From: Gemmatimonadales bacterium
GTDB taxonomy: Bacteria > Gemmatimonadota > Gemmatimonadetes > Gemmatimonadales > GWC2-71-9
Length of the DNA stretch: 64,000 nt
Assembly (NCBI GenBank): GCA_039917855.1
Contig: JBDSIR010000098.1
Span: forward strand, 13,000-76,999
Direction of reading: 5' to 3'
Under the pieces are notes generated by a model that was not told the DNA's origin, searched no databases, and was given only the letters and a program-made list of their open reading frames with translations. Shown piece by piece: positions 27,493-37,273 of the stretch (position 1 is the stretch's first letter; every line of letters starts with the position of its first letter). The position numbers were made by a program, and so were the translations under genes.

Positions 27493-29111
27493 GCCGACGC
27501 CGTCTCCAGCGCCTCGAGATTGGTCCGGGCGAGCTGATGGCCAGGATTGAGCTGCAGCACGCGCTTCCAGTGCTCCCGCGCCGTGGCGGTGTCGCGTTGG
27601 CGGAAGGCGATGTTGCCGAGCTTGAAGAACAGGTCGTCGCCCAGGTCGGGGGCGAGCTTGGCCGCGCGCTGGTAGGCCCCCGCGGCCTCCTCGTACTTGC
27701 CGCCGCGATAGAGGAGATCGCCCAGGTTCTTCGAGAGTTGCGGGAGCGTGGGGTCGTCGCGCAACGCCTCGCGGACCACCGACTCGCTCCGTTCGAGGTC
27801 ACCCATCAACTCGAGGAGGACGCCGAAGTTGTTGCGGAGCGCGGGGTGGTGCTGATAGCGCTGCACCCCTTCCTCCGCGGTGCGGAGGGCGTTCTCGAGG
27901 TCGCTGTCGAGCGCCTGCGCCAGCCCCATCGCCCAGAACCAGACGGCGGGGGGCTGCTTCTCCCCGTGCAGTTCGCGAGCACGCTGGAGCCGGCCGACGG
28001 CGACGTGGGGATCACCCTTCTTGAGGGCGGTGATGGCCCAACCGGTCATAAGCCGCGGGTCCTCCCGCGAACGGCTGACGGCCTCGCCGTAGCACGCCTC
28101 CGCGTCGGCGATGCGCCCCAACTGCTCCATCCCGAACGCCAGGTTGGCGAGCACCGCGGGCCGCGGTCCACCCCGTTCGCCGGCGACCTTGAGCGATTCC
28201 ACCGCATCGGCCCACTTGGCCTGCTTGAGCGAGATCAGCCCGATGAAGAACGGCGCGCTCGCCTCCGACGGTCGCAGGTCGGCCACGCGGCGGAACTCAC
28301 GCTGGGCCTCATCGAGCATCCCGGTCTTGAAGAAGGCGATGCCGAGATTGCGGTGTTCCTCGATGCGGGCGGCGTTGACCTTGGGCTCGGCGGAGACGGC
28401 GGAGCTCCCGGCGCGGTGCGCGAACCCGGCGGTGATGAGCCCGTAGAGCGACTTGCCGACCTCGAACTCGACGAGCCCCGAATCCTCGACCAGCTGATGG
28501 ATGTCGCGCTTGCCGTCGAGCAGCGGGACGATGCGCTCCTGCTCGGCCGAGAGCTGCACCTCCGACTCGGAAAGGTGCTTCTGGTCGACGGTGAAGATCA
28601 GGTCGAAGCTGGGGATCTTCTTTTCGATGAGGCTCCACTCATCGACCCGGCGGGCGCCCTCGAGAAGGAGCGACTCGGGATTGATCCTGACGAGGAAGTC
28701 CTGGCGCTCGGGCTTGACCCCGGCCTCGAAGTTGAACGTCCCGCTGGTCCAGGTGAAGAGGAAATAGACCGCTTCCTCGATCTGGACCCGCATGTATTCC
28801 TCGAGCTCGGGCCGCTTGATCGCAGCGATGTTCACCAGGATCTCGCCCAGCTTCTGTTCGCGGAACTCCTCCTGCATCGCGATGGCCTGCCCGAGCTGTT
28901 CCTCGGTGATCTTGCCGTTCTTGACCAGGATGTCGCCAAGGCGGTCGCGACGGTTGACGATGGACGCGTAGCAGATGCGTCCCTCGTCGAAGTAGATGTA
29001 GCCGAAGTTCTGCTTGTCTGCGACGGCGAGACAGCCGGTCTTCCGCCCCAGCGACAGCAGCTGGAGGACGTCCGGGAGGGACGCTTCCTTGAGACTCCCC
29101 TTGATGGCCAC
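27489..29111 (-). CDS. PATAN (DUF4388) domain protein with C-terminal TPR repeats
   Basis: N-terminus (M)AIKGSLKEASLPDVLQLLSLGRKTGCLAVADKQNFGYIYFDEGRICYA is the DUF4388/PATAN signature. The C-terminal half has multiple TPRs. GTG start shares 1 nt with the upstream stop (TAGTG). Confidence 0.75.
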   Translation of the reverse strand: MAIKGSLKEASLPDVLQLLSLGRKTGCLAVADKQNFGYIYFDEGRICYASIVNRRDRLGDILVKNGKITEEQLGQAIAMQEEFREQKLGEILVNIAAIKRPELEEYMRVQIEEAVYFLFTWTSGTFNFEAGVKPERQDFLVRINPESLLLEGARRVDEWSLIEKKIPSFDLIFTVDQKHLSESEVQLSAEQERIVPLLDGKRDIHQLVEDSGLVEFEVGKSLYGLITAGFAHRAGSSAVSAEPKVNAARIEEHRNLGIAFFKTGMLDEAQREFRRVADLRPSEASAPFFIGLISLKQAKWADAVESLKVAGERGGPRPAVLANLAFGMEQLGRIADAEACYGEAVSRSREDPRLMTGWAITALKKGDPHVAVGRLQRARELHGEKQPPAVWFWAMGLAQALDSDLENALRTAEEGVQRYQHHPALRNNFGVLLELMGDLERSESVVREALRDDPTLPQLSKNLGDLLYRGGKYEEAAGAYQRAAKLAPDLGDDLFFKLGNIAFRQRDTATAREHWKRVLQLNPGHQLARTNLEALETASA

Positions 29112-31108
29112 TAGCGGAGCTCCTCCATAAGGCGGTCCGCGAGGTCGGGCCAGTCCCAGACCATCTTCTCGGCGCTCTTCACGCCGCCCGAGGTCGTGAC
29201 GACGATGCCGCTGGAGCGTCGGGTGGCGCCGCTCTTCCGCTCGGCTCCCGAGAGCGGCCCCTCGAGCACCTCGCGCGCCAAGCCGGCGCTCGGGCTCACG
29301 TTCTGGGCCTCGGCGGCCCCCAGCAGGCGCTGCACCAGACCCAGCACGGCGCGGAGCGATTCGGCCGGACGCCCGGCCAGATACGCCGCCAGCTCCGTGT
29401 CGCTCGACCCGAGCCGCTCGTGGAGGGCACGTTCGACCACGCCAAGGCGCAGTTCGCGTTCGGGCGCGCCGAGGGAGACGACGAGCCCGCCTTCGAGCCG
29501 GCTCCGGAGCCGCTCCTCGAGGCCGGTCAGGTCGCGCACGGGGACCGCGCTGGTGAAGAGGAGCTGGCGTCCCTGCCCCAGCAGCTGGTCGAAGAGCCAG
29601 AAGAGCTCTTCCTGAGTGCGATCCTTCCCCTGCAGGAGGTGGATGTCGTCGATGCAGAGCGCGGCGACACGCCGGTAGCGCGCCCGCCAGACGGCGACGC
29701 GATCGCGCTCGATGGCCTCGATCAGTTCCTGGGTGAAGTCCTGCGCACCGAGGCAGGCGACCACGGCGCCTTCGCGTGCGGCGAGGGCATTGGCCACCGC
29801 CTGCAACAGGTGGGTCTTGCCGAGCCCGCTCCCCGCGACGATGACGTAGGGATTGTACTTGGTGGCCGGTTCCTCGACGACGCTGTGCGCGGCCCGCACC
29901 GCGATCCGGTTGGAGGGCCCTTCGACGAACTCCTCGAGCCGGTAGAGCGGCGAGGGTCCTGGTGGCGGGTTGGACCCGGCGCGCGCACGATCGGTGAGGG
30001 TGGTGGCTCCCGCGAGATCGTCGGGATCACGGAAAGCGGCGCTCCCCGCGAGCTGCGGCTCGAGCTCGACCGCCTCGGCCTCGAGTGCGCGAAGCCGGGC
30101 GACGTCCGCTTCGTATTGCAGGATCGCGGAGAGCGGATCGCCCGGGGACTCCTGCGCGAGGAGGGCGGAGAGACGCACGGTGCGGAACCCCTCGCCTTCC
30201 CAGCGCATGATGGCCTCGCCCACCCGAGTGCGCCACGCTTCGACCTGGGCGTTGACCGTGGTGGTGATGTCGCTGAGGAAGGAGTCGAACTCGCCGGGGG
30301 CGGTCGCCGACTCCTTGTCGGGCCCAGGTGAAGCGTTGGCGGGCGAGACGTTCGCGGGCGAGACGCCCACGCGACTCGCGCTCGGGGCGGGACCTCCCAC
30401 GAGCACTTCGCGGGCGGTGTCGGCATCGAGCGGGGTATCGCTGACCGACTGCCAGGCGATGAGGCGGTTGAGCCCGCCGATGAGCTCGCGGACGTTCCCG
30501 TCGATCAGTGTCGCCACGACCTCGAGCACGCCGGGGGGGAGGGTCTGGTTGCGCTCCTCGGCCTGGCGCCGGAGGATCGCGATGCGGGTCTCGAGATCGG
30601 GAGCGAAGACGTCGATGACGAGCCCGCCGGCGAAGCGCTGGATGAGCCGCTCATCGAGCGCCTCGATCTCGCTGGGCGGCCGGTCGCTGGACATCACGAT
30701 CTGGCGGCCGGCGGTGGTCATCTGGTCGACGAGCCGCAGGAGCTCGGACTGCACCTCGCGCCGGTGGGTGAGGAACTGCACGTCGTCGAGGAGGAGGAGG
30801 CCGGTCTCGGCGTATCGGCGCCGGTAGGCGTCGCCCTGGCCCGCGCCGATGGCGGCGTGGAAGGCTTCGACGAAATCGTCGCAGGTGATGTAGTCGACCG
30901 TGAGCGAGGGCGAGATGCTCCGGGCCAGATGCCCGACCGCCATCAGCAGGTGGGTCTTGCCCAGCCCCGGTCCGCCGTAGACGAAGAGCGGGTTATACGC
31001 CGATCCCGGTGACTCCGCCACCGCCCGCGCCGCGGTGACGGCGAGGCGGTTCGCGGCGCCGACGATGTAGACGTCGAACCGGAATCGGGGGTTGAGCTGG
31101 TCGGTCAT
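29111..31108 (-). CDS. tandem DnaA-type AAA+ ATPase (two DnaA domain-III modules; no domain I, no domain IV)
   Basis: Module 1 (aa ~6-236): [64 protein letters not shown]. Module 2 (aa ~388-616): [65 protein letters not shown] 150-aa linker separates them. The C-terminus has no helix-turn-helix DnaA-box-binding domain. Confidence 0.85.
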   Translation of the reverse strand: MTDQLNPRFRFDVYIVGAANRLAVTAARAVAESPGSAYNPLFVYGGPGLGKTHLLMAVGHLARSISPSLTVDYITCDDFVEAFHAAIGAGQGDAYRRRYAETGLLLLDDVQFLTHRREVQSELLRLVDQMTTAGRQIVMSSDRPPSEIEALDERLIQRFAGGLVIDVFAPDLETRIAILRRQAEERNQTLPPGVLEVVATLIDGNVRELIGGLNRLIAWQSVSDTPLDADTAREVLVGGPAPSASRVGVSPANVSPANASPGPDKESATAPGEFDSFLSDITTTVNAQVEAWRTRVGEAIMRWEGEGFRTVRLSALLAQESPGDPLSAILQYEADVARLRALEAEAVELEPQLAGSAAFRDPDDLAGATTLTDRARAGSNPPPGPSPLYRLEEFVEGPSNRIAVRAAHSVVEEPATKYNPYVIVAGSGLGKTHLLQAVANALAAREGAVVACLGAQDFTQELIEAIERDRVAVWRARYRRVAALCIDDIHLLQGKDRTQEELFWLFDQLLGQGRQLLFTSAVPVRDLTGLEERLRSRLEGGLVVSLGAPERELRLGVVERALHERLGSSDTELAAYLAGRPAESLRAVLGLVQRLLGAAEAQNVSPSAGLAREVLEGPLSGAERKSGATRRSSGIVVTTSGGVKSAEKMVWDWPDLADRLMEELR
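30335..30364. repeat. 15-nt tandem duplication in the linker of the DnaA-like gene
   Basis: gttggcgggcgagac / gttcgcgggcgagac, encoding [10 protein letters not shown] on the coding strand. Confidence 0.85.
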
Positions 31109-31710
31109 CCGCTCACGGGCTGCGTCTGCGCGAGGCGCTTGAGGACCTGCTCCGAGATCCCCTTGAGGGTCTCGAACACCCCGCTGCCGTGGAGCGCGTC
31201 GCCGGCGAAGCTCTTCACGTTCCGGAAGTTGATCGCGTCATCGAGCTCCGCCTGGCTCAGGATGAGCTCGGGGGGAAGGTCCTGCTTGTTGTACTGGAAC
31301 ACCGTGGGGAAGGTGCGCACGTCCACGCCCTGTTCGAGCAGGTTGATCTGGAGATTCTGCAGGCTCTCGAGGTTGTCCTCGAGCCGGCGCGCCTGGCTGT
31401 CGGCCACGAAGACGACGCCGTCGGCCCCCTGCAGCACGAGCTTCCGGGTGGCATTGTAGTACACCTGCCCGGGCACGGTGTAGAGCTGGAACCGGGTGGT
31501 GAAGCCGGAGATCGAGCCGAGCTCGAGCGGCAGGAAATCGAAGAAGAGGGTGCGGTCGGTCTGGGTGGCGAGGGAGACCATCCGACCGCGCCGCGTGTCC
31601 GGCACGCGTCCGTAGATATAGTGCAGGTTCGTGGTCTTCCCGGACCGGCCAGGTCCGTAGTAGACGATCTTGCAGGTGATCTCACGGGCCGTGAAGTTGA
31701 CCAGGGACAT
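31105..31710 (-). CDS. mglA: Ras-like polarity GTPase MglA
   Basis: [58 protein letters not shown]. About 60% identical by eye to Myxococcus MglA. Start reset to the ATG at 31710. Confidence 0.92.
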   Translation of the reverse strand: MSLVNFTAREITCKIVYYGPGRSGKTTNLHYIYGRVPDTRRGRMVSLATQTDRTLFFDFLPLELGSISGFTTRFQLYTVPGQVYYNATRKLVLQGADGVVFVADSQARRLEDNLESLQNLQINLLEQGVDVRTFPTVFQYNKQDLPPELILSQAELDDAINFRNVKSFAGDALHGSGVFETLKGISEQVLKRLAQTQPVSG

Positions 31711-31714
31711 GGCC

Positions 31715-32176
31715 TCAGCTCCCGAAAAGCGTACGGAGACTCGCGTTGAGCTCGCGCTCGAAGTCCGCGGCCAGCACCGGCTGGGGGGCGGGGGCCTCAG
31801 GGGCGGCCTCCGCAAGATCCTTGACGAGCTGCTCGAAGAACAACTGCACCAATCCGAGTGAGGTGTCGGGGCCGAAGACCACCAGCCCCACCCAGCGACC
31901 GCGGGGGGTCTCGAAGCTCGCCAGCAGGTGCGCTTGGTGAGGCCCCTGGTGCACGACGGTGGTGAACGGCTCCCACTTGAGCGTCCGGGCGAGCTCACTG
32001 GTCGAAGCTACGATACCGGCACCGAGTGCGGCGACCCCCATCACGTCCACCGCGCGGACGAAGCCGTGCTGGGCGACCACCTGTCCGGCCGTGGTCATCA
32101 GCAGGCAGAGCCGGGCCTGGCTTTCGGCCAGAAAGGACTCCATCGGGGCGGCGACCCAGGGCTCGACGGCGCGCAT
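31715..32176 (-). CDS. mglB: MglB (Roadblock/LC7 GAP of MglA)
   Basis: Roadblock/LC7-type sequence with the MglB-characteristic [14 protein letters not shown] segment and an acidic/Pro-rich C-tail. 4 nt upstream of mglA. Confidence 0.8.
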   Translation of the reverse strand: MRAVEPWVAAPMESFLAESQARLCLLMTTAGQVVAQHGFVRAVDVMGVAALGAGIVASTSELARTLKWEPFTTVVHQGPHQAHLLASFETPRGRWVGLVVFGPDTSLGLVQLFFEQLVKDLAEAAPEAPAPQPVLAADFERELNASLRTLFGS

Positions 32177-32529
32177 CAGCCGAGGATCTCCAGGGCACGG
32201 AGCATCTCGATCCGGGCGAGCCCGGCGTTGACGGTCCGTTCGGCGACGGCCACGAGGAGCAGGTCCTCGCCGTGCGGGGCCGCCAGGAGCGTCCCCCCCG
32301 AGGCGGTAAGATGCATGAATCGCGGCGCCCCCCGTCCCGCCCCTTCCACCGCCCGCCTGAGCCGCGAGGCGAGGCTCGCCGCCAAGGCGGCGACCGCGCT
32401 CCCCTTCATCTCATCCATCAGCGCCTCGGCCACCACCACTCCATCGGCGGCGGAGACCAGCATCGCGCCCCGCACCCCGGGCACGTGGGTCACCAGCTCG
32501 AGCGCGGCTTCGAAGGGGCTCGCGCTCAC
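32176..32529 (-). CDS. Roadblock/LC7 domain protein (MglC-like size)
   Basis: 117 aa from the GTG at 32529 (GTGA overlap with the upstream stop). VTHVPGVRGAMLVSAADGVVVAEAL...HLTASGGTLLAAPHGEDLLLVAVAE fits the Roadblock alpha-beta-alpha pattern. Confidence 0.6.
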   Translation of the reverse strand: MSASPFEAALELVTHVPGVRGAMLVSAADGVVVAEALMDEMKGSAVAALAASLASRLRRAVEGAGRGAPRFMHLTASGGTLLAAPHGEDLLLVAVAERTVNAGLARIEMLRALEILG

Positions 32530-33377
32530 GTGAGCGTCTCCATCCAGGCGCGGGCGGCGCGGGCGGCGCGTTCGGCGGCGACCTGCAACCGTCCGGTCGG
32601 CACGCTGGTATCCCGGACCACGAGGAGGAGCGCCTCCGAGCTGGCGGGGAGCAGGGCGGCGTTCCCTCCGGGCGATTCGAGCACCACGATCTCCCACTGC
32701 CCCAGCCCCAGAAGCTTCGCCGATCGCGCCGCTTCGCGCGAGACGCCGGCCAGGTGGGCCGCCACCACGTCGGCGACGTCGACGCCGTCGGGGGCGCGCA
32801 ACCCGCCGCCGAGTCGGAGCCCCTGCGTGTCGACCAGAAGGAGGCCGTTCTCCGCACCCTCGAGCCCGGCGAAGATCGCGGCACGGGCGGCGGCGTCATC
32901 TTCGGTGATCGGGGTCGCGGGTATGGCGGCCTGTGCGGGGGTGGGCGCGGGTACGGCGACCACCTGTCCCGCATCGGCGAGCGCAGCCCGGACCCGCGCG
33001 GCGGCGTGCCGGAGGCTGGCGTCGTCGGATGCTTCGCTGAGCGCGGCCTCGAGATGCTGGAGCGCCTCGGCGGCCCGACCGGCCTTGAAGAAGAGGAAAC
33101 CGAGCCCCTTGTGGGCCCCCGCGTGCTGGGGGTCGAGCCGAAGCGCCATGTCCCACTCGTCGAACGCCCGTTCGAAATCGGCCCGATCGGTGAGGATCCG
33201 GGCGAACAGGTCGTGCGCGTCGGGAAGATGGGGATACCGACCCAGCCCCTGGAGCGCCACCTTCTGCGCCGAGTCGAGCTGACCACGACGTCGAAGGGCC
33301 TCCCCCAGCGGGAGAAAGACGAGGCTCGCCGGATCGGCGGCCAGCTGGGCGGTGAGGGCGCGGATGTCGTCGCTCAT
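32526..33377 (-). CDS. TPR - Roadblock/LC7 fusion protein
   Basis: N-terminal TPRs (ALRRRGQLDSAQKVALQGLGRYPHLPDAHDLFARIL, AHKGLGFLFFKAGRAAEALQHLEAAL), an Ala/Pro linker, then a C-terminal Roadblock-like block (LLLVDTQGLRLGG..VAAHLAGVSREAARSAKLLGLGQWEIVVLESPGGNAALLPASSEALLLVV). Confidence 0.6.
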   Translation of the reverse strand: MSDDIRALTAQLAADPASLVFLPLGEALRRRGQLDSAQKVALQGLGRYPHLPDAHDLFARILTDRADFERAFDEWDMALRLDPQHAGAHKGLGFLFFKAGRAAEALQHLEAALSEASDDASLRHAAARVRAALADAGQVVAVPAPTPAQAAIPATPITEDDAAARAAIFAGLEGAENGLLLVDTQGLRLGGGLRAPDGVDVADVVAAHLAGVSREAARSAKLLGLGQWEIVVLESPGGNAALLPASSEALLLVVRDTSVPTGRLQVAAERAARAARAWMETLT

Positions 33378-34510
33378 CGCAGCAGCTTCAATGCTTCATC
33401 GAGGGCCACTGCCGCGGCGCGGGCCTGTTCGACCTGGGGCTCCAGCGCCTGTTCCTCCGGGGGCATATCGGAGATCCGGCTCCAGCGAAGCAGCTGGTCG
33501 GCCGCGTCGTGGAAGCGGCCCCCGACGGCCAGCGCGGTCCCGAGGTAACGTTGTCCCGCGGCCGAACCGGGATCGTACTGGAGGACGCGGCGGAAGGCGT
33601 CGGCGGCTTCGGGGGCTCGGCCGAGGCCGAGGAGCGCCCGCCCGAGCACAAGGTGGGTCATCGGCTCGAGCGGATGGGTAAACATCACTTCCTGTGCGGC
33701 CAGCAGGGCACCCTGGGCATCTCCCTCCGCGAGCCGGTCCTCCGTGCGCGCGATCAGGATCGCGAGTTCGCGGCCTCCGGTGGCGGCGGTGGGACGGTGA
33801 GGATGCTCGAGCCCCACCACCCCGGCGGCGGCGAGTCCGAAGAGGGTCTTGGCCACATCGAATTCGGCGCGCCCGATCGCCAAGGCCACTTCGCGCACGT
33901 CGCGCTCGCCATCGATCACCGCGAGGATCGACCACTCGTCGGGATGGAGGTCGAGTGAGCCGCCATCGGCGGCCGAGAGCTTCGGCACGATGCCGAGGTG
34001 CGGGATGCGGGTCTGGATCTGCGACCACTCGTCGATCCGGCGCGCGCCCTCCATGAGGACCGCCTCGACCGGGATCCTGACGTCGACCTCGGCGAACTTC
34101 TCGGACGGCGCACCCTCCTCGAAGGAGAAGTATCCCTCCGACCAGCTCATCAGCTCGAAGACGACCGCCTCGACCTGGGCCCGCACCTGGCGCTGCAGTT
34201 CGCGTTGGGACACCGCACCGATGGCCACGAGCACGTCGCCCAGGCGCCGCTCGTCACCAGCCTTCTGCATATCGCGGGCACGATGCAGATCTTCTTCGCG
34301 CACCTTGCCCGCCTGCAGCAGCATGGTGCCGAGCGGATGTGGGTTCGACTTGATCTCGGCGAAGACCACGGCGCCCCGGTCGAACACGACCGTGCCGGCG
34401 TTCTGGCGCAGCTGGGAGGAGACGCGCAGGACCCCGGTCTTCCGGCTCAGGTCGAGCAGCTGGAAGACATCGTGGATGCCGAGTTCCTTGAGCGGTCCCT
34501 CGATCGCCAT
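33374..34510 (-). CDS. PATAN (DUF4388) domain protein with C-terminal TPR repeats
   Basis: MAIEGPLKELGIHDVFQLLDLSRKTGVLRVSS...GTVVFDRGAVVFA signature; C-terminal TPRs. Confidence 0.75.
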   Translation of the reverse strand: MAIEGPLKELGIHDVFQLLDLSRKTGVLRVSSQLRQNAGTVVFDRGAVVFAEIKSNPHPLGTMLLQAGKVREEDLHRARDMQKAGDERRLGDVLVAIGAVSQRELQRQVRAQVEAVVFELMSWSEGYFSFEEGAPSEKFAEVDVRIPVEAVLMEGARRIDEWSQIQTRIPHLGIVPKLSAADGGSLDLHPDEWSILAVIDGERDVREVALAIGRAEFDVAKTLFGLAAAGVVGLEHPHRPTAATGGRELAILIARTEDRLAEGDAQGALLAAQEVMFTHPLEPMTHLVLGRALLGLGRAPEAADAFRRVLQYDPGSAAGQRYLGTALAVGGRFHDAADQLLRWSRISDMPPEEQALEPQVEQARAAAVALDEALKLLR

Positions 34511-34512
34511 CG

Positions 34513-37269
34513 TTAGCCCTCCCGCCCGGCGAAGATGTGGGCCAGGTCCTTCGCCGAGCGCGCATTCTTGCGCGAGGCGGTGGCGTAGTCACTGGATGGG
34601 GCGAGCTGGATGACCCGCTCCCAGGCCTCGACGGCTTCAGGATAGCGGCGATCGCCGTTGCGGGCGGAGCCCAGGTGATACCAGGCCTCGACCCGTTCAG
34701 GCTCGAAGCGGAGCACCCGCGAGAATGCTTCGGCGGCCTTGTCGGTGCGGCCCTGGTCGAGCAGGGAGCGGCCGAGGAGCACCAGCGCGTCGAAATCGTA
34801 GGGATCGGCCTCGAGGAGGGGGATGAGCAGCTCGAGCGCCGTGCCGGCCTGCCCGGTACGGCGGTAGAGATCGCCCAGCGCCAGCGTCGCCTGCGCGAAG
34901 GTCGGCAGGAGGTCGAGCGCATGTTCGTAGGAGGAACGCGCCTCAGGATGCCGTCCCTCCTGCTCCTGCAGGTGGCCGAGCTCGAACCAGACCTGCGGGA
35001 TCGCGGAGTCAAGCTCGATCGCCGCCTGGTACGCGGCGATCGCACCGCCGGCGTCACCGAGGCGGGCACAGACCGCGGCCTGCAGTTGGAACAGATCGGG
35101 GCGTCCGGGGGCGCGGGCCTGTGCGACGCGGACATACTCGAGCGCGCCCAGGGCATTGCCGCCATCCATCCGCGAGCGGGCGCCCACCACCAGCGCCTCG
35201 ACATCGGTGGGGCGCGCTTCGATCAGCGCCTCGGCGAGGGGGGCCGCCTCGGCGCTCCGTTCGAGGGCGAGGAGGGCGCGCACCTCGCCCAGTCGGGCGT
35301 CGGCGTCGTCGGCGCGGAGGAGGCGCGCTTCGCGGAAGCGTTCGAGCGCTTCGCCGTGGAAGCCACGGCGGGTGAAGACCTCGCCCTGAAGCACGGCGGC
35401 GCGCACCGGGTCGGCTCCACGCTGGAGGGCCCGGGCGACCTCGGCGGCGGCCCGGTCGAGGAAACCCTTGCTGAGCTGATCGCGCGCCATGGCGAGGTAG
35501 TCGTCGCCTGGGACGGCCGGGACGGCCGTCCCCACACCGGCCGTCCCCCCACTGGCCCTCCCCATGCCGGCAGTCCCGACCGCGGCACCCGCGGCGGCGG
35601 ATGTCGCCGGCTCCAGTTCGGTGAAGAGCTGGTCGAGGAGCCGCTGATCGAAGTTGAATTCTTCGCCCACTTCTTCGGCGTACACGTCGGCCGAGATCTC
35701 GGGAGCGATCGAGATGTGCGGATCCTCGTACTGCAGATCGATCGCGAGCGCGTACTTCTGGGGCACGTAGTACGGTTCGAGCTCGAGGGCGCGCTTGGTC
35801 TCGCGGAGGGCGCCGTCGAAGTCGCCGAGGTGGCTGAGCGTGAAGCTCAGGTTGTAGTGGGCAGAGGCGAGCTTGTCGTCGGCCTCGACGGCGCGGGCGA
35901 AGGCGTTCTTGGCGTCGGCGTACCGCTTGAGCTCGACCAGCACGAGGCCGATGCCGTTCCACGCCACCGCGTTCTGGGGATGGTCGGCGAGGACCTGCCG
36001 ATAGGCCTCGAGCGCCAGCTGGAAGCGGCGTTGCTGGAACAGGAGGAGCGCGAGGTTGAGCCGGGCGGCCGCGAGGTCGCGCTTGCCGCGGAGTGCGGCC
36101 TGGAAGGACTCCTGGGCGCCTTCGATGTCATTGAGCTGGCTGCGCAGGACGCCGAGGTTGTTCCAGGCGAGGCCGTAATTGGGATCGTTCGCGGTGGCGC
36201 GCGCATAGCCCGCGGCGGCCTCGTCGCGCCGGTTGGCCTGGTGGAGACAGACGGCGCGCTCGTTCCAGAGCTTGGGACTGTCGGGGAATTCCTGGACCAG
36301 TCCGTCGTAGAGCTCGAGGGCGGCCGCGAGGTCGCGGCGGATGAGGTGCACCTCGGCCATCGCCTGCAGCACCAGCCGGCGATCCTCGCCGCTGTCGAGG
36401 GCCAGACGATATTCGCGCAGGGCTTCGACGTAGTAGCCCTTCTGCCGAAAGGCGAGGCCGAGGTTGAAATGCGCCAGCATCTCCCCTTCGGCCACCTGGG
36501 GGCGCATCGCCTCGAGGGTGGAGCGCCGGCGGATGCCCTGATTGCGGCGTTCCTCGAGCGACAGGTTGGCCTGGGCGCGGCCGAGGGTGGGATTGAGCGC
36601 GAGGGCGCGCTTGGTCGCGGCGCGCGCCTGGTCGTGCTGGCCCATGTCGCCATAGACGAAGGCGAGCAGGTAGTGCGCGTCGGCATTGTCGGGATTGAGG
36701 CGGACGGCGCGGGCCAGGGCCGCGAGCGCGGCGTCATTGAGTCCGCGATTGTACAGCGCCTCGCCATAGTAGAACTGGGCGATGGAGCTCTCGGTATCGC
36801 GTTCGGCGGCCCGACGGAACCACTCGCTGGCTTGCTCCACCCCGCCGCGGCTCTTCTCGGCGAGGCCGAGCTGGATGAGCGCCGGGATATCGCCGGGGTG
36901 GCGGGCGAGGAGGGCCTCGAACTCTTCGATGGCCTCCGCGTGCTGACCGAGGGCTGCGAAGACGCGGCCAAGCTCCCAGCGGGCAGCGCGGTCGTCGGGC
37001 TGACGGCGGAGCGCTTCGCGGAGCTCGGCGACGCGGGTGTCGTAGTAGCCGGTGTTCTGGTAGGCGATGGCGAGGTTCGCCTGCGCCACTCCCATCTTCG
37101 GATCGAGCTCGAGGGCGCGGGTGAATCCCGTGATCGCCTCCGGGATCAGCCCTTTCTGGTAATACAGAACGCCGAGGTTGTTGTGGGCCCCGGCGTCCGA
37201 AGGGTCGATCCGGCGCGCGAATGAGCGAAGGACCGCGAGGTCGCGTTCCGACGGCGCGGGCCCGGTCAT
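34513..37269 (-). CDS. large TPR repeat protein (918 aa)
   Basis: Canonical TPR units throughout (e.g. AHNNLGVLYYQKGLIPEAITGFTRALELDPKMGVAQANLAIAY, AWNNLGVLRSQLNDIEGAQESFQAAL). The 895-aa plus-strand ORF is its antisense shadow. Confidence 0.8.
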   Translation of the reverse strand: MTGPAPSERDLAVLRSFARRIDPSDAGAHNNLGVLYYQKGLIPEAITGFTRALELDPKMGVAQANLAIAYQNTGYYDTRVAELREALRRQPDDRAARWELGRVFAALGQHAEAIEEFEALLARHPGDIPALIQLGLAEKSRGGVEQASEWFRRAAERDTESSIAQFYYGEALYNRGLNDAALAALARAVRLNPDNADAHYLLAFVYGDMGQHDQARAATKRALALNPTLGRAQANLSLEERRNQGIRRRSTLEAMRPQVAEGEMLAHFNLGLAFRQKGYYVEALREYRLALDSGEDRRLVLQAMAEVHLIRRDLAAALELYDGLVQEFPDSPKLWNERAVCLHQANRRDEAAAGYARATANDPNYGLAWNNLGVLRSQLNDIEGAQESFQAALRGKRDLAAARLNLALLLFQQRRFQLALEAYRQVLADHPQNAVAWNGIGLVLVELKRYADAKNAFARAVEADDKLASAHYNLSFTLSHLGDFDGALRETKRALELEPYYVPQKYALAIDLQYEDPHISIAPEISADVYAEEVGEEFNFDQRLLDQLFTELEPATSAAAGAAVGTAGMGRASGGTAGVGTAVPAVPGDDYLAMARDQLSKGFLDRAAAEVARALQRGADPVRAAVLQGEVFTRRGFHGEALERFREARLLRADDADARLGEVRALLALERSAEAAPLAEALIEARPTDVEALVVGARSRMDGGNALGALEYVRVAQARAPGRPDLFQLQAAVCARLGDAGGAIAAYQAAIELDSAIPQVWFELGHLQEQEGRHPEARSSYEHALDLLPTFAQATLALGDLYRRTGQAGTALELLIPLLEADPYDFDALVLLGRSLLDQGRTDKAAEAFSRVLRFEPERVEAWYHLGSARNGDRRYPEAVEAWERVIQLAPSSDYATASRKNARSAKDLAHIFAGREG

Positions 37270-37273
37270 CGGT

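Noticed and set aside
29111-31108. Could the DnaA-like gene mark the chromosomal replication origin (dnaA/oriC)?
   Set aside because: The protein lacks the DnaA-box-binding domain IV and the N-terminal domain. The neighbours are mglA and PATAN genes rather than dnaN, recF or gyrB. I saw no cluster of TTATCCACA-like boxes or an AT-rich unwinding element nearby; the only near match noticed is a single TTATCCGTA at about 58667.
34537-37224. 895-aa plus-strand ORF. Similar very long ORFs occur at 12731-15292 (+, 853 aa), 52020-54845 (+, 941 aa), 20134-22182 (+, 682 aa), 15298-17064 (+) and 27537-29114 (+).
   Set aside because: Each lies antisense to a gene with unambiguous family motifs (TPR protein, mraY/murF, ftsH, murE and so on). 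Their translations are Arg/Gly/Glu/Asp-rich low-complexity strings typical of stop-free antisense frames in high-GC DNA. No family motifs were recognised.
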